From Bacteroidota bacterium (GTDB lineage Bacteria > Bacteroidota > Bacteroidia > Flavobacteriales > Flavobacteriaceae): a stretch of DNA of 64,000 nt. Shown here one piece after another: positions 43,101 through 49,739 of the stretch. The notes beneath the pieces were generated by a model. It saw nothing but the letters and a program-made list of their open reading frames with translations. It did no database searches and was not told the DNA's origin. Both the position numbers and the translations under genes were made by a program. Positions within the stretch are counted from its first letter, which is position 1. Every line of letters begins with the position of its first letter. Location of the stretch: positions 9,349 to 73,348 of the forward strand of contig JANNWM010000047.1 of assembly GCA_031408435.1 (NCBI GenBank), given 5' to 3'.

Positions 43101-43817
43101 ATAGCAACTATATCATATCCTTGTCCAGAAGATGCACCAGGAATTCTAAACAGATTATTAATAACTGTCGATTCTTCAATAAACCTTGTCGATGTAAAGT
43201 TCAAAATTGATCTTGGTTCATTCTTACCGAGTAACAATTCGCTAGGATATTTAATAGAAAACTTGTCAGTTGGCACACATACATTCGAAGTATTACATGC
43301 CAATGGTTGTAGAAAATCAGGTACATTTGATATTAAATTTATCGATCCGTTGGTGTTGAAATTGACCGAAGGCAACTTGAACCAAATTATTGCAATTGCA
43401 ACTGGTGGTGTTGCGCCTTATAACTATACGTTTAACGATGCAAACACTGGTCCAGACAATACCTATATTTACGATAAAACTGGCAAATACACCGTAACGG
43501 TTATCGATAACAGCAATTGTAAGTTAACGGTTTCTAAACAATTTAATTTTATTGATATATTTATTCCGAATTTCTTCTCTCCAAACGGCGATGGCGAAAA
43601 CGATGGTTGGAGTCCACAAAACACTTACAATTACAAAAATTTAGTGTTTTATGTATTCGATAGATATGGCAGAAAAATAATTTCGTTAAAAGAAGGAGAA
43701 TCTTGGGACGGTAAATATGATGGTCAAGAATTGCCAACAGGAGATTATTGGTACATTGTTAAAACCGAAGAGAGCAGTACTCGCGAGTTTGTAGGTAACT
43801 TTACTTTATATAGATAA
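25143..43817 (+). CDS. sprB: Gliding motility adhesin SprB, T9SS type B substrate
   Basis: About 6,220 aa; signal peptide, DUF11-like segment, lectin-like EDFG...DDIRVYQ domain, many D(A/S)NGC SprB repeats, C-terminal IPNFFSPNGDGENDGW; followed by sprF and pgk. Confidence 0.93.
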   Translation: MKLKNYSQFFVIIFLLCVTNLFSQSNQPKQNQDLNPFAEIMGKGVNAYGVMTPRLPGFGNFIKVKGDVTITGNQIINRTTENNAGTASGDVRPILDASGQPTNLPALTTRANANYGGNLNNDRLNFEYVDVDSDATTFSSSTANLLIRDAKNGTISPTNCKKIVYAGLYWAAFYPYDRIANTYANNNNLLTSIKFPIVNNNWNQVKFKVPGGTYQTLTADTNADAVGDEDDIVYRNFVNDAFANNSSYVCYKNVTNLVKDLADANGTYAVADMLAGRGNDQYGLAGGWSLVVVFESPTYPLKYVSIADGFKSLYNDTGNAANRRFDFTLNGFKTLPSGVVNARIGVAALDGDRNGVGDIYQIKNTAGNYVNISNSNNQSQPDYANNNFFSSNITLPDAFPSKASNGITKTPNNSNTLGFDLDLVNVFNPGATTIGNSQTSADFRIETTDEVICPYLNTFSVDIAEAKIILTKVIKKTNGTLVANNGTVALGEQLNYVIGFQNVGTADATNTVITDVLPANVIFDQTAFTASLPAGVTFTSYNTTTRLLTLAVANNLVEKNGFRTEFNIEILVEKECSKFANACANLVVNNAQISYFDVANAVQINNQNSCNVFNTAATCPLDPTTGTTNFKVDTSTCVQNRTEVICNGNLLLTAPTGYTSYAWSQTSPTTATLGTGATQNVTSFGTYQVVCTPVAGCDPVTVIYKVIDFLTSSLTIPHPVNPFSDTRVSCTNDGIVTEIIALCGASDSRLITTGITTASSITWQIKNTTGCLGPTVTCPNTDSTCYTNTGQTGPNFLADTAGDYRVVIAYNGASNCTLNFHFRVTKGSLNATAISKDISCTNPGAIIVNDSGSLYEHQLQGPYPATTLTPWQDSNTFSIPIGNPGTYKAFIRLKGAPSNTCVYTVPNISVLKLNLQSAVKVFNPSCNLPPATPTGSVTVKVIDGTAPFLYYIRNGTNNTTGFFVASANSSNVQETFSGLAAGNYTAQILISGGATPLCSTSQNFTITVPTPLVASVGLNKPYTFCSPGEVQVNIPSATSGTSPYLYYMDSSTTAQYSNLFTIGDTNPHTFKIVDANGCTFTTQPYTMVFAAKPTFTVTPTDIVCDPQAGVLTFATLTNPGGYTLEYQYSGGCFRAPIYTASPSPTIINLVADSYTVRVKCTLGTAVCYVDLGSVVIKAQFQPLSATGGVSALAGCGTNAIDGEIRITNPQGGSGNYSYSFDNDVSYQVPNYINKPPGTYDIYIKDNTTGCKFKMNVILLPKPTPPTIGVVNSSFNCNGTATSTVTITNGPNFAYQYFIDNNDGLGSVPNPNTAQPNVFLNVPCGPTDKTIKIKYKSTNIPTFSNLLNEDFGIGSNTTTPGIAAAYCYNDQCSRACNNTSDPNDPYRDRLEDGQYVVTRQIIPNNGNWWVARDHTSTVPSPSNPTGTFNPNGRFLAINVGAAAGVNGILYSKKIYDVIPNEDIIVEAYVSNLLLSTSGAPHNTGFTYEIRTSTGFLLASEPSIPDLLPRTSTWLLRTVNLKPGGAVTPYLVFNVLSSSTEYNGNDAVIDDIRVYQLPKACITEENFLLNVPCNKAFTASVTNVKNVNCFGEKTAAITITAENFVNVSPPNNSFQYSVTGPAGPWYTSTVSPVVISATSTPSLPLGAGTVNVVVRYDAASVGCTFPLPTIITEPTILSVTATKTNATCLTGGKGTIKATPVGGVAPFQYQLLNSSLAVVPGFGYGSTNINNGTGLISNVNPGTYFVQIQDANLCTKDAFASVTISGTTDPQPVIAATSDLCYDTINQAKLIVDVPTGGLPPFTYSIVPAATFIGNSVIVTPGTYTITVTDANGCKGFINSLTIRPALSVNLSLNKDLDCTTPTPEGIIRGTISGGLTSYTYQVSTDNGVTYGAAISVTTNPFTYNVLASGVPISGAIKIKVTDGAGCTAESTINISPREDVTGTATPTIATCGANNGTVTLLATAGAPGFTYSFNNPAFTGTTSYNGLAPGTYPFKIRDSKSCEFAGTVTVGTSVVITGAASFTAFTCTANSVITFTGMPANSVALGYVYSINGGSSFQSSPVFGTTALGNLAGTYVCIIKESNGCTKSNTLIIPPLNPPTNITFVETIPAKCTAVPTLTATVQLTATALNAITKYEITSPASAVANNTTGLFSGLLAGTNYTFVVTDSKNCTFTNFYTIAIPTSITVIGSATNVKCKGTSTGSLSFTVGGFGATPGTYDYTITGTVGTTAIPAVNNTTATTLNFGTLAAGDYTIIVTSDATGCTATKTLKIAAPAIDLTASNTPTPIGCGVSGLVAGQVQLNGLDGSGGYTYTLTAPNGAVLTGTATGFFGGLTQVGAYLGTVTDSFGCTVPTNFSLINPGTPTVTANPLTFCFNGGTANVVINVTNGVGPYQYNLDNAGSPTLVYNNIVLDTSNNFILPVAVGSHAIIIRDSNGCKSVTLPFTIQPQVVLNTTFKDADCSGLPAANISGTITGGYSPYRYQTSTDNGVTFLPALPSANAVVGTSFFFNPPTPTTTAVTYIVRVIDVNGCTDDSLPITINPIAPVTGSAVATNATCGLTNGTVTITALTGLAPFTYKFDSLGFTATTLYAGAAGNHTFQIRDSKGCLSPVYPINIPTPNGVVATVTSVDLSCNSGSGTITFNAPTSGTGPFSYSITGGAPFFGTNVFGTPTPLIPGTYPCKIKDSFGCEFLIDTIIINPINPPTDIAFGQTNTICTVSGNSATVTLTASANNAIVKYETIAPSFAIIDNGASNVFLGLASGGYTFQITDSKNCKILRTFVVNPPVAIAVSGQLLNDVACKGSATGKIRFNVSAFTPGTYSYSVVSTVGATTITSQVGQTATSFDLSFLLAGTYTITVTSSATGCKATDFVEVKEAGVLLDFAITNTLLPCVGAASITATVVVGSGIPGYTYVLDQPTLPNISQVGNGVFTGLTVAGTYTLFVTDVAGCTVSKSVTLTTPVIPIVAIDNTTTCVGTSGTASVLVTITGLNTPFKYSLDGSTFDVVTSNPFTISVSPQALPHTIIVKDVLECSSAATTFTVNPKMTITSVLTPLKCDSSGATVAAVIAGTVTNGYPGYGYQVYYSATLPVLPIVATAFSPAVPVAFAAPNYSFTTANGDGYYVLRFTDSRGCTADSNIIQVLPLIAVSQNPPTVVDVICNGDATGSITVNPTGGIPPYKVDFGSGFGSSLSYSGLTDANPLSTGTTYNYTIKDSNGCLYFGSATVKNVYDKITATTVVTPLSCGGGTIPIDGSICLTSITGGIPPYKINYTNQNGDTGVPITSLTGVPSGPMDQCFFGLGFGNYYITITDNNGLGCSVTLPPIYISNTPTGLITAQVPPGPIDCSTGGCLQIKVDGAALALSPTAQFFFAINNVNPYPNYFVGSPFYLPATNPVPLTPPGIRDPLHEEITFCGLTRGLTYNFVVYSTENNCYYPAQATVPVGPLSQIETTTKVKNISCLSNPTNDASVSFTFTKTDATSIFYEIYNATNYTATGISGTVSPLSGLLSTVNSVNDLSLLGLAVGTYYIQFTETGGSFSGCKTTSPLFTINAPSAPLVLSVPTKTDANCNPNSGTITAFASGGSGGFQYQLFTAAVAAGLPTYNPSNPAYIAFLNTFTSSTNIFNVNTGNYFVYVKDATGCVQRQPIFVDITPNPTVVLSTVSDQCTSTGSSYSFTATGAFGIAPYSYSIGGSTVATSATGLPAVTITVNNSGTYIVTITDAKGCTGTASVTIYSPITLTANEVIATTCPTNNNGQIKATATGGSGSFTYSIFPALAGFPNATGLSNNNITAGVNYEITATDNTTGCEKKFNITLNTAIVPTFTLGQTPVNCNDSANGNINSNGTITATLSGALNTEGPYTYQIVLPFLGTLQTGNNVFTGLTAQSYTIRVTSIKGCSFDDNITVQAPILLSASASVPAPFACTPTNATSTTSLTISASGGVGGNNPANYTYKIDGTGFLTTNVFNNIPDTGAPQPINYFVKDANGCIATGSVILNPLTRVTATVALQPLGALTCTTGEQVIVNATSGSGNYIYELQGSGLPASGTNTFSLTNAGTTPITYTFKVTDNITSCSTTATYVVNPLPVLVVNANQVALIDCKGVSSASINFTVANFIGTYTYNLFKDGVLYGPLSTSSGSSPILIPNLPAGNYTVNVFNAPLCDKSSNAVNVTEPSLVTLNLVAKVPQNCNNLAQVTVSASGGTPLPSGYSYAYVVSGAPVLGTDFIYGAIKSLDFAISPTWDVYVRDSKGCIIANPLVVIITKIADPTIVLPAFADNQCDLLATSFVITPTTFTVDPLATPLLYSIDGVNFFPAIPNILIPAIATLVTVTVKDKNGCTANATVTVYPKLGIDTDILKQPTCVPLNDGQIKFTVSGGSGNFTAIPPTISPSAGAIYNAATNTFSGLTFNQDYQITATDATTNCTITSVVVRLIQPALPDFTTDTKKVTCNVNGIPTTDGEIKVNLVQPALDIQYSYAITTGPVLFAAQASNTFTGLPTGNYTIRVTSSKGCFTDLFPVFVGVPDAFTATASSNAFICSNNTPQVATITVLPVLNGVNQLPVGYTFSLTGSVGTFGTSNTFEISDTGSPQTFSNISVQDANGCIAVANVVTIQPLPTITSVTGALVTRLSCGSGEVIQVNVLPVAPALPLNYYSYEVLATGQTNFTGLFTLPSLLPATYAIKVTNTITGCNFTTSYIVQPLPELKVTFPAKTDITCFGGTGSLTFAVSGYSGAYQYEVFETSNLVTPVQSITAANTSSPTITVSNLLAGNYIVKIQESAAPDCSLTSGSITIVQPTELKINLVNNLAAFCTSGGARVTVIGQGGTPGYSYVFVQDNVVVNNATVFGLSASVLLDPALNLNWDVYVKDANGCISAKLDVAITKTDDPILTLPLFADNKCVTSGSNYLITATAIGSGTLTYLIGNNVVTNPITVPIPTAINDLEITVKDANGCIDREIIRLYPALVFTAGITTYANCIPAGATPTGVITMTPLGGSGNLVVSLSPLTPSATAVITGNVISAIAPGTYTIVLTDTTTNCTREVDVIMPTPTPVTLDPISKSDATCFGGTNGTITVNLSTLPNGANNDPVYQYAIISSTNPLTPIRPNQTNKTFLDLAAGDYVIEVTSLKGCKLTQPVTIGQPNEIVVNVPTVQQFACTTTNIGNFASITVNPITGVTGGASIYTIYEFSNASGIVQSGTSNFINIINLAGGTYTVKVFDIKGCSGVSAPIVIAPFIKIDDATVTVPTPITCSSLTENIQVNVPVILPTGITTPPTLTYVINGVFSTVYTATNNSGAFNNLPIGQYQITITTTTPNTGCFVKVNHTVVDPRVYQAIVKDIKPVACHGDSTGSATIYMINSTVFDTPVGNNLVGPFTCIIKDALGNQVGATLTSTGLGSVTATGLPKGIYTAELVLNGNSCPATFDFGISEPEFSLSVTAVKGSEVGCSPKTGSILVTVSGGTQFTDGINPPYLVNLINTTNPGNPGPFLGNATSLEAGNYQVFVTDANGCTDNSRFVLLQDPLPITYTVAPSTQTLACIGDDTTINITLAGISGGTGTNYTFTLFNAVAPGDQKLDGPTSATTFYDVAAGTYNVVIEDGFGCKSQFGPYTVLNPTEIAPTLTIQTPARCNVQAILELGATGGTGPYTYSSDGGLTYSTTPFATSVLITTLANQLNYSYIVKDFNGCKISTGIITPPAFDPITLKTALTRNITCFGGNDGKISVTAQGGYDIDYSYSIATATNPSVLIAPVNTTGIFDNLPFGNYLITVTSTNSCPVLPFPFTLTQPLEFIVKVTPKTVKCFSDTNGELVLEIQNAIGNLQYAISSITDPTTANQFVNIPPSAIIKLSSNPDVFGIRYVISGLAPNSYFLEVKDAANCPFNRGISFVVSEPSELISKATDASILQEELCKFDANASFSIKISGGTSPYTVSLDNAGTGTYFVTNDGFVINPPAGGLPAITVYSHIFSGLVGGVHKVYVVDANGCRVSYDITLGLPVFINPIATISYPCPEDAPGILNRLLITVDSSINLVDVKFKIDLGSFLPSNNSLGYLIENLSVGTHTFEVLHANGCRKSGTFDIKFIDPLVLKLTEGNLNQIIAIATGGVAPYNYTFNDANTGPDNTYIYDKTGKYTVTVIDNSNCKLTVSKQFNFIDIFIPNFFSPNGDGENDGWSPQNTYNYKNLVFYVFDRYGRKIISLKEGESWDGKYDGQELPTGDYWYIVKTEESSTREFVGNFTLYR

Positions 43818-43841
43818 CATTTATTAAACAAGAGAAAAAAC

Positions 43842-44831
43842 ATGCTATCTAAATTTAAAAATGAAAAAATGAGAAATATTATAAACATAATATTATTATT
43901 AATAGTTACCCAAAGTTATAGTCAAGAACTTAATGTTCCAATTTTTACGCAACAACTAGCCGACAACCCATTTGTAGTATCGCCAACCTATGCAGGAATA
44001 GGCGATAATGTAAGAATACGTGTCAATGGCTTGAGCCAATGGGTTGGTATAAAAAACGCACCCCAAAACCAATCTGTCTATGCAGACATGCGAATCGCAG
44101 ACCGTTCGGGCGTAGGAATATCTTTGTACAACGACAAAAATGGTTTTACGCGTCAAGCCGGAGCCAAATTTTCGTTTGCACAACACATAATTCTTGATTA
44201 TTATTCTAATCAGTTTTTGTCTTTTGGATTGTCTTATAATTACAATAATTTTAGAATAGAAACCGAACAGTTTGACCAAACAATTTTTGATAAAAGTATT
44301 GTTAACAACAGGTTCAATGCCAATAATAATTTTGATTTGGGTTTTTTATACCGAAACAAAGCATTTTATACGGCTTTTAATATTTCGAATTTGTTGAATA
44401 AAAGTATTCGTGATTTTCAAGGAATAGAACCCAATTTATTAAGAAATTATCAAATTTATAGCGGCTATATTTTTCAAAGCGATTTAACAGAAGGATTAGA
44501 AATTGAACCATCTGTTTTTTATCAATTTTATCAAAGCGATAAACGTTCAACAACTGACTTTAATATAAAAGTTCGAAAGAAAAATCCAGACGAAAACTAT
44601 TATTGGGCGGGTTTATCAGCAAGATTTCTTAACGATCAATCACTAAAACCAATTATGATTGGTCCAATGGCTGGAATGAAACAAAAAAACTTTTACTTTG
44701 GCTATTCCTATTTAGTTACCACCAACGAATTGTCGGGTTTCAATTCTGGAACTCACATTTTAACTCTTGGAATGGACATTTTTCAAGGTTTGAGCAATTG
44801 CCCTTGTACGCAATATTTATCAAGAGATTAA
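43842..44831 (+). CDS. sprF: PorP/SprF family T9SS membrane protein
   Basis: PTYAG, QWVGIKNAPQNQ, SLYNDKNG, NSGTHILTLG; directly after sprB; alternative start at 43869. Confidence 0.9.
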   Translation: MLSKFKNEKMRNIINIILLLIVTQSYSQELNVPIFTQQLADNPFVVSPTYAGIGDNVRIRVNGLSQWVGIKNAPQNQSVYADMRIADRSGVGISLYNDKNGFTRQAGAKFSFAQHIILDYYSNQFLSFGLSYNYNNFRIETEQFDQTIFDKSIVNNRFNANNNFDLGFLYRNKAFYTAFNISNLLNKSIRDFQGIEPNLLRNYQIYSGYIFQSDLTEGLEIEPSVFYQFYQSDKRSTTDFNIKVRKKNPDENYYWAGLSARFLNDQSLKPIMIGPMAGMKQKNFYFGYSYLVTTNELSGFNSGTHILTLGMDIFQGLSNCPCTQYLSRD

Positions 44832-44856
44832 TTTTACAATTATATTTTAACTATAT

Positions 44857-44884
44857 CCTAACAGGTTTTTTTAAATCTGTTAGG
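44857..44884. repeat. REP-like hairpin between sprF and pgk
   Basis: CCTAACAGGTTT...AAATCTGTTAGG imperfect inverted repeat. Confidence 0.55.
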
Positions 44885-44923
44885 TATTTTGGTTTATAAC
44901 AATAAAAATTTTATTTTAAAACT

Positions 44924-46111
44924 ATGAAAACCTTAAACGATTTCGATTTCAATAATAAAAAAGCAATTATTAGAGTAGATTTTAATGTACCTCTAGACGA
45001 TAATTTTAATGTAACCGATGCCACAAGAATCGAAGCGGCCAAACCCACAATAGATAAAATTATTGCCGATGGCGGAAGCGTAATTTTAATGTCGCATTTA
45101 GGAAGACCAAATGGTATTGAAGATAAATATTCATTAAAACATATATTAAATAAAGTTTCGGAAGTTTTAGGAAAACCAGTTAAATTTGTCGGCAATTGTG
45201 TTGGCGATCTAGCAATTTCTGCCTCAAATGAATTACAAAACGGAGAAATTTTATTATTAGAAAACCTAAGATTTCATGCCGAAGAAGAAGCTGGTAATAT
45301 TGATTTCGCAAAAAAACTCGCAGCTTTAGGCGACATATTTGTTAACGATGCCTTCGGAACAGCCCACAGAGCGCATGCTTCGACAACTATTATTGCACAA
45401 TTTTTTTCTAACGCAAAATGTTTTGGCTTGCTAATGGAAAAAGAAATTGTAAGCTTGAATAAAGTCCTAAAAGACAGTCAAAAACCTGTAACCGCAATTT
45501 TGGGAGGCAGCAAAGTCTCGTCGAAAATTACGGTTATCGAAAACATTCTTGACAAAGTCGATAACATGATTATTGGTGGCGGAATGACATTTACATTTAT
45601 CAAGGCTTTGGGTGGAAATATCGGAAACTCAATCTGCGAAGATGATAAACAAGAATTGGCTTTAGAAATCTTGAGGTTGGCCAAAGAAAAAAATGTACAA
45701 ATTCACCTTCCGGTTGATGTTGTCGCGGCCGATAATTTCTCGAATACAGCCAACACCAAAATTGTTAACGTTAACGAAATTGAAGTTGGCTGGCAAGGGC
45801 TTGATGCTGGACCAAAATCATTAGATAATTTTAAAGAAGTTATTTTAGCATCGAAAACAATACTTTGGAACGGTCCATTGGGCGTTTTCGAAATGCCAAA
45901 TTTTGCCAACGGAACTGTTCAATTAGGTAATTTTATTGCAGAAGCAACTCAAAACGGAGCTTTCTCATTAGTTGGTGGTGGCGATTCGGTAGCTGCTGTA
46001 AAACAATTTGGTTTCGAACACAAAATGAGTTATGTCTCGACTGGTGGTGGTGCAATGCTAGAAATGCTTGAAGGTAAAGTTTTGCCTGGAATTGAAGCTA
46101 TTTTGAATTAA
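44924..46111 (+). CDS. pgk: Phosphoglycerate kinase
   Basis: [46 protein letters not shown]. Confidence 0.99.
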   Translation: MKTLNDFDFNNKKAIIRVDFNVPLDDNFNVTDATRIEAAKPTIDKIIADGGSVILMSHLGRPNGIEDKYSLKHILNKVSEVLGKPVKFVGNCVGDLAISASNELQNGEILLLENLRFHAEEEAGNIDFAKKLAALGDIFVNDAFGTAHRAHASTTIIAQFFSNAKCFGLLMEKEIVSLNKVLKDSQKPVTAILGGSKVSSKITVIENILDKVDNMIIGGGMTFTFIKALGGNIGNSICEDDKQELALEILRLAKEKNVQIHLPVDVVAADNFSNTANTKIVNVNEIEVGWQGLDAGPKSLDNFKEVILASKTILWNGPLGVFEMPNFANGTVQLGNFIAEATQNGAFSLVGGGDSVAAVKQFGFEHKMSYVSTGGGAMLEMLEGKVLPGIEAILN

Positions 46112-46126
46112 AACTATATTTATACG

Positions 46127-46163
46127 AAAAGCACAAACTTATTTTTCGGTTTGTGCTTTTTTT
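46127..46163. terminator. Bidirectional intrinsic terminator
   Basis: AAAAGCACAAAC / GTTTGTGCTTTT stem between convergent genes. Confidence 0.85.
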
Positions 46164-46178
46164 AATTGATTTAAGATG

Positions 46179-47000
46179 CTAAATTTTGGTTACTAAAATT
46201 TCTACTCTTCGATCAAACTCATCGCCTTTTCCTTGAGGAACAGTATTTCCATAACCTTTGTGCGTCATTCTTTCGGGCTGAATATTCTTAGAAACAAAAT
46301 AATCATAAACTGCTTTAGCACGATTTTTAGACAAACCCCTTTTTTTAGTATCCTTGTCCAATGCCTCGTTTTCGGTGGGTGGCACACAGCAAACATGACC
46401 TTGTATTTCGAACATATAAATATTGCTTTCCTTTACAGAGTCGATTATTATGTCTAACTCTTTTTTTGTTTCTTCAGATAAAACGCTGCTACCAGTCTCA
46501 AAAAAAACATCTTCTAAATTGATCTTATCGCCAACATTGTGCACTTTTAGAATTTCTTGAAAATATCTTTTTGGTTCTGGTTTCAGGATTTGAGTTGGTT
46601 TTAGTTTCAAAAAAACATCAACTCGGCGGTTTCTGTAACGAATTTCATCTACATTTTGCTTGATGTTTTCGACTAATAAAATTTTGCCTTTGCCTTCTAT
46701 TTTTAAAATAAATTTGGTTTTTATTCCATTATTCATTAAATGTTTTTGAATATAATTGGCTCTTTTGTTCGATAAATTAATGTTGTATTTTTCGTTGCCA
46801 ACATCGTCAGTATATCCAAAAATCTGAATTGCTTCGACGGCACTTGAATCTGTTTTATTCACAAAATCAACCAAATTATTTAGTTGAATACGCTCTAAAT
46901 CGAATTTTCCAACCTTAAAATATACAGAATGAATTGCATTCTCTTGAGACATAATTTGTCCAAAAAACAAAATTAGACTCAATTTCAGAAACTGCTTCAT
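46179..47000 (-). CDS. OmpA family protein with two OmpA-like domains
   Basis: GYTDDVG...NINLSNKRA...NRRVD and IQGHVCC...LSKNRAKAV...GYG...RRVE. Confidence 0.88.
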   Translation of the reverse strand: MKQFLKLSLILFFGQIMSQENAIHSVYFKVGKFDLERIQLNNLVDFVNKTDSSAVEAIQIFGYTDDVGNEKYNINLSNKRANYIQKHLMNNGIKTKFILKIEGKGKILLVENIKQNVDEIRYRNRRVDVFLKLKPTQILKPEPKRYFQEILKVHNVGDKINLEDVFFETGSSVLSEETKKELDIIIDSVKESNIYMFEIQGHVCCVPPTENEALDKDTKKRGLSKNRAKAVYDYFVSKNIQPERMTHKGYGNTVPQGKGDEFDRRVEILVTKI

Positions 47001-48638
47001 TTATAGTTTCAAGATTTGTTTGTATTGTACTTGATCTGTTAATATTGCAACAGATTTTTTTATTTCTGAGTTGTTTTTTGTATAATATTGATACAAGCCT
47101 TCCTTATATTGATACCGTTTGATGATTTCGTCTAGAATTAATTTTTTGATTTCGGTTTGGTTTTTATCCAAAAGCTTGTCTTCGCTTTTTTCGATTGCGG
47201 TCATCAAAACTAGATATTCGGTTGCAATATTTTCGTCAATTTTTTCTTTTTTTGCTGCTTCTAACGTTTTCTTTAACGCCAATTCGCTTTCGGTATTAAA
47301 ATTAAATTTTGTTTTTTTTAGGAAAGCTTTAAAATTCATAAAATCAGCATCAGAAATTGTCGGAATTTTGTCGCCTAAATTCGGATTTTTATAATAATAT
47401 TCTGTTACAAAATTAAATATACCATCGTTTTTTACTAAGGCATCGGTTATTGCGCTGGTTTTGGACTCAATCATTTCTATATCAGGCTGAATGCCACCAC
47501 CGTCATAAACCGTTCGACCTTTTTTGGTTTTAAAAGCGTTATAGTTCACAACTTCTGTTCTAATTGCTTTTCCGTCTTTACCTTTATGCAAATAATCTAA
47601 TGCCTGAATACATCTGCCAGCAGGCGTAAAATAACGAGATATAGTTACTTTTACTTGTGTTCCGTACAATAAATCCATTGGGCGTTGCACCAAACCTTTT
47701 CCAAAACTGCGGCTTCCGACAATAACCGCACGGTCAAGGTCTTGTAAAGCCCCAGAAACAATCTCAGATGCAGACGCACTCTTACCATCTACAATTACAA
47801 CAAGCGGAATTTCTAAATCGACTGGATCTTGATTGGTTTTATAGGTTGTGTTGTATTTTTCTACTTTAGATTTTGTTGTAACTATAATTTCGTTTTTTGG
47901 AACAAAAAGGTTGCAAACATTTACTGCTTCTTGCAATAAACCGCCTGGATTTCCCCGCAAATCAAGAATTATTTTTTCTGCCCCATCTTTTTTCAAAGCC
48001 AATAAAGCTTCTTTGGTCTCGATTGTGGTTTTTTTATTGAATGCTGTTAATACTATATAGCCTGTTTTCTCATCGATTTTAGAATAAAACGGAACCGCTT
48101 TAATTTCGACTTCGTCTAGTGTTATTGTTGCAGTTTCTTGTTTGCCTTGACGAATGAATTTTAATGGAATTTTAGTGTTTTTTGAACCTCTAAAAAGTTG
48201 TGTAGCATCGTCTTTGTAATCGGCCAACATAATATCGCCAATCTGTGTAATTTCATCACCAGCTTTTAGACCAGCCTTGTCAGCAGGAAAGTTTTTATAG
48301 GCTTCTTTGACGATTACTTTGTCCTCTTTTCGAGTAATAATTGCGCCAATTCCTGTATATTCTCCGGTATTGTTGATTTTGAATTTCACAACATCTTGTT
48401 CTGTGAAATAATTGGTATATGGATCTAATTCTGCAAGCATGCTTTTGATAGATTTATCCATCAAATCTGCTGGATTTACTTCGTCAACATAATTCATATT
48501 GACGGTTTTGTATATTTCTGTAAAAATTTCTATTTGTTTGGCAATTTCAAAAAAATCTTCTTTGAAACTTGCACCCACAAACAAAAAACCTGAAGCTATT
48601 ACAGGCAGAATATATTTCTTTTTAAAAAATTTGTACAT
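47001..48638 (-). CDS. S41 family C-terminal processing protease
   Basis: LDPYT, PDZ-like GIGA, DLRGNPGGLL, catalytic SASASEIV, SFGKGLVQ. Confidence 0.93.
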   Translation of the reverse strand: MYKFFKKKYILPVIASGFLFVGASFKEDFFEIAKQIEIFTEIYKTVNMNYVDEVNPADLMDKSIKSMLAELDPYTNYFTEQDVVKFKINNTGEYTGIGAIITRKEDKVIVKEAYKNFPADKAGLKAGDEITQIGDIMLADYKDDATQLFRGSKNTKIPLKFIRQGKQETATITLDEVEIKAVPFYSKIDEKTGYIVLTAFNKKTTIETKEALLALKKDGAEKIILDLRGNPGGLLQEAVNVCNLFVPKNEIIVTTKSKVEKYNTTYKTNQDPVDLEIPLVVIVDGKSASASEIVSGALQDLDRAVIVGSRSFGKGLVQRPMDLLYGTQVKVTISRYFTPAGRCIQALDYLHKGKDGKAIRTEVVNYNAFKTKKGRTVYDGGGIQPDIEMIESKTSAITDALVKNDGIFNFVTEYYYKNPNLGDKIPTISDADFMNFKAFLKKTKFNFNTESELALKKTLEAAKKEKIDENIATEYLVLMTAIEKSEDKLLDKNQTEIKKLILDEIIKRYQYKEGLYQYYTKNNSEIKKSVAILTDQVQYKQILKL

Positions 48639-48836
48639 TTTTTTTGTTTTTATTCTTGATTTTTCTAATAAAATTAAATCGTTTACGAAAATAATAATAA
48701 AAGATCAAAGTTGTATGTTTCTGTTAAAAAACCTTTCTCAATTTTTTTAAACCTAACCTATATTTTGGGTTTAATATGGTTTTATATGTTAAAATAGATT
48801 TGGTTTAATTTATTGTAAACCAAATATAAAGTCCAA

Positions 48837-49220
48837 TTATTTGGACTCTTCATTTATTTGAGTAATAAATTTTTCGAATAATTTTACAGTTTTTGATTCA
48901 ATCTCTTGATATGCCAACCGTTCTTTTGTTTGATAAAAAAACATAATTGCATAAGGTTGTTCCATATTCTCCAGCAACAAGTGTTTGTTCAATCGATAAG
49001 TTTCTCGCAAAACACGTTTGAAATAATTTCGGTCTACTGCTTTTTTGAAATATTTTTTAGAAACCGAAACACCAAATTTTATTTTTTCGTTATTTTCTAA
49101 AACTAGTGGCACATAAACCAAGCGTAACGGATATTTAGAAACCGATTTTCCAACCGAAAACAATGAATCTATTGTGGTTTTGCTTTTAAGTTTTTCGGCT
49201 TTCGGATAAGTAAATTGCAT
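48837..49220 (-). CDS. rnpA: Ribonuclease P protein component
   Basis: EKLKSK, GVSVSKK and KAVDRNYFKR RNR-type motif; TACATTTG at 49225-49232. Confidence 0.92.
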   Translation of the reverse strand: MQFTYPKAEKLKSKTTIDSLFSVGKSVSKYPLRLVYVPLVLENNEKIKFGVSVSKKYFKKAVDRNYFKRVLRETYRLNKHLLLENMEQPYAIMFFYQTKERLAYQEIESKTVKLFEKFITQINEESK

Positions 49221-49388
49221 TTTGCAAATGTAAGTAAAAGCAATTTTAATTTGGAATTAACACAACAAAAAAAATCAACCACGAAACGCATAAACTCTAT
49301 TAACTTTTCTCAAATAACTCAAAAAATAATTTCGCATTCGTGGTCGAAAATTCCAATAAAAACCGTGATTTGGGGGTTTGGTTTTTAT

Positions 49389-49739
49389 CTAAAAAAAAAG
49401 ATTTGTAACTTTAATCAAAAATTTGTTTTTAACTAAAGGGAAAATAGTGTGCATTGGTTTTTTCAATTCTTTTAAAACATTATATATTAATAATAGCCAT
49501 AATGAAATTATAAAAATTATATTTCCATAAAGCGGCAATCCAAACTGTAATTTATTTATAAATAATACTGATTTTTGAAACGAAAATTCAAGATTCGAAT
49601 AATCGACCTCTAATAATGGTGTCCAGTTAATGATATAAAAATAAAACATTGCTATGCAAAACGACATCGAAATTGCAAATGCCAAATTCAAAAATATAAA
49701 ACTTAACTTTTCAGAATTTTCGTTTTTTTCGTTTTCCAT
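49389..49739 (-). CDS. 116-aa hypothetical membrane protein, candidate target of the adjacent two-component system
   Basis: Two hydrophobic segments (FIFLNLAFAISMSFCIAMFYFYII and IIFIISLWLLLIY); has its own promoter and the shared box. Confidence 0.6.
   Translation of the reverse strand: MENEKNENSEKLSFIFLNLAFAISMSFCIAMFYFYIINWTPLLEVDYSNLEFSFQKSVLFINKLQFGLPLYGNIIFIISLWLLLIYNVLKELKKPMHTIFPLVKNKFLIKVTNLFF

Noticed and set aside
25791-43375. Many 60-130 aa ORFs inside sprB
   Set aside because: They lie wholly within a coherent 6,220-aa gene, have no family motifs, and are expected by chance.
44911-45195. 94-aa minus-strand ORF opposite pgk, plus the track's extended starts at 50629, 53816 and 58195
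   Set aside because: The ORF is an antisense shadow. The extended starts overlap neighbouring genes or promoters, while downstream ATGs give proper N-termini.
47001-48638. S41 protease as the dedicated processing enzyme for the peptide
   Set aside because: It is separated from the module by rnpA, lacks the shared box, and fits an ordinary housekeeping position.
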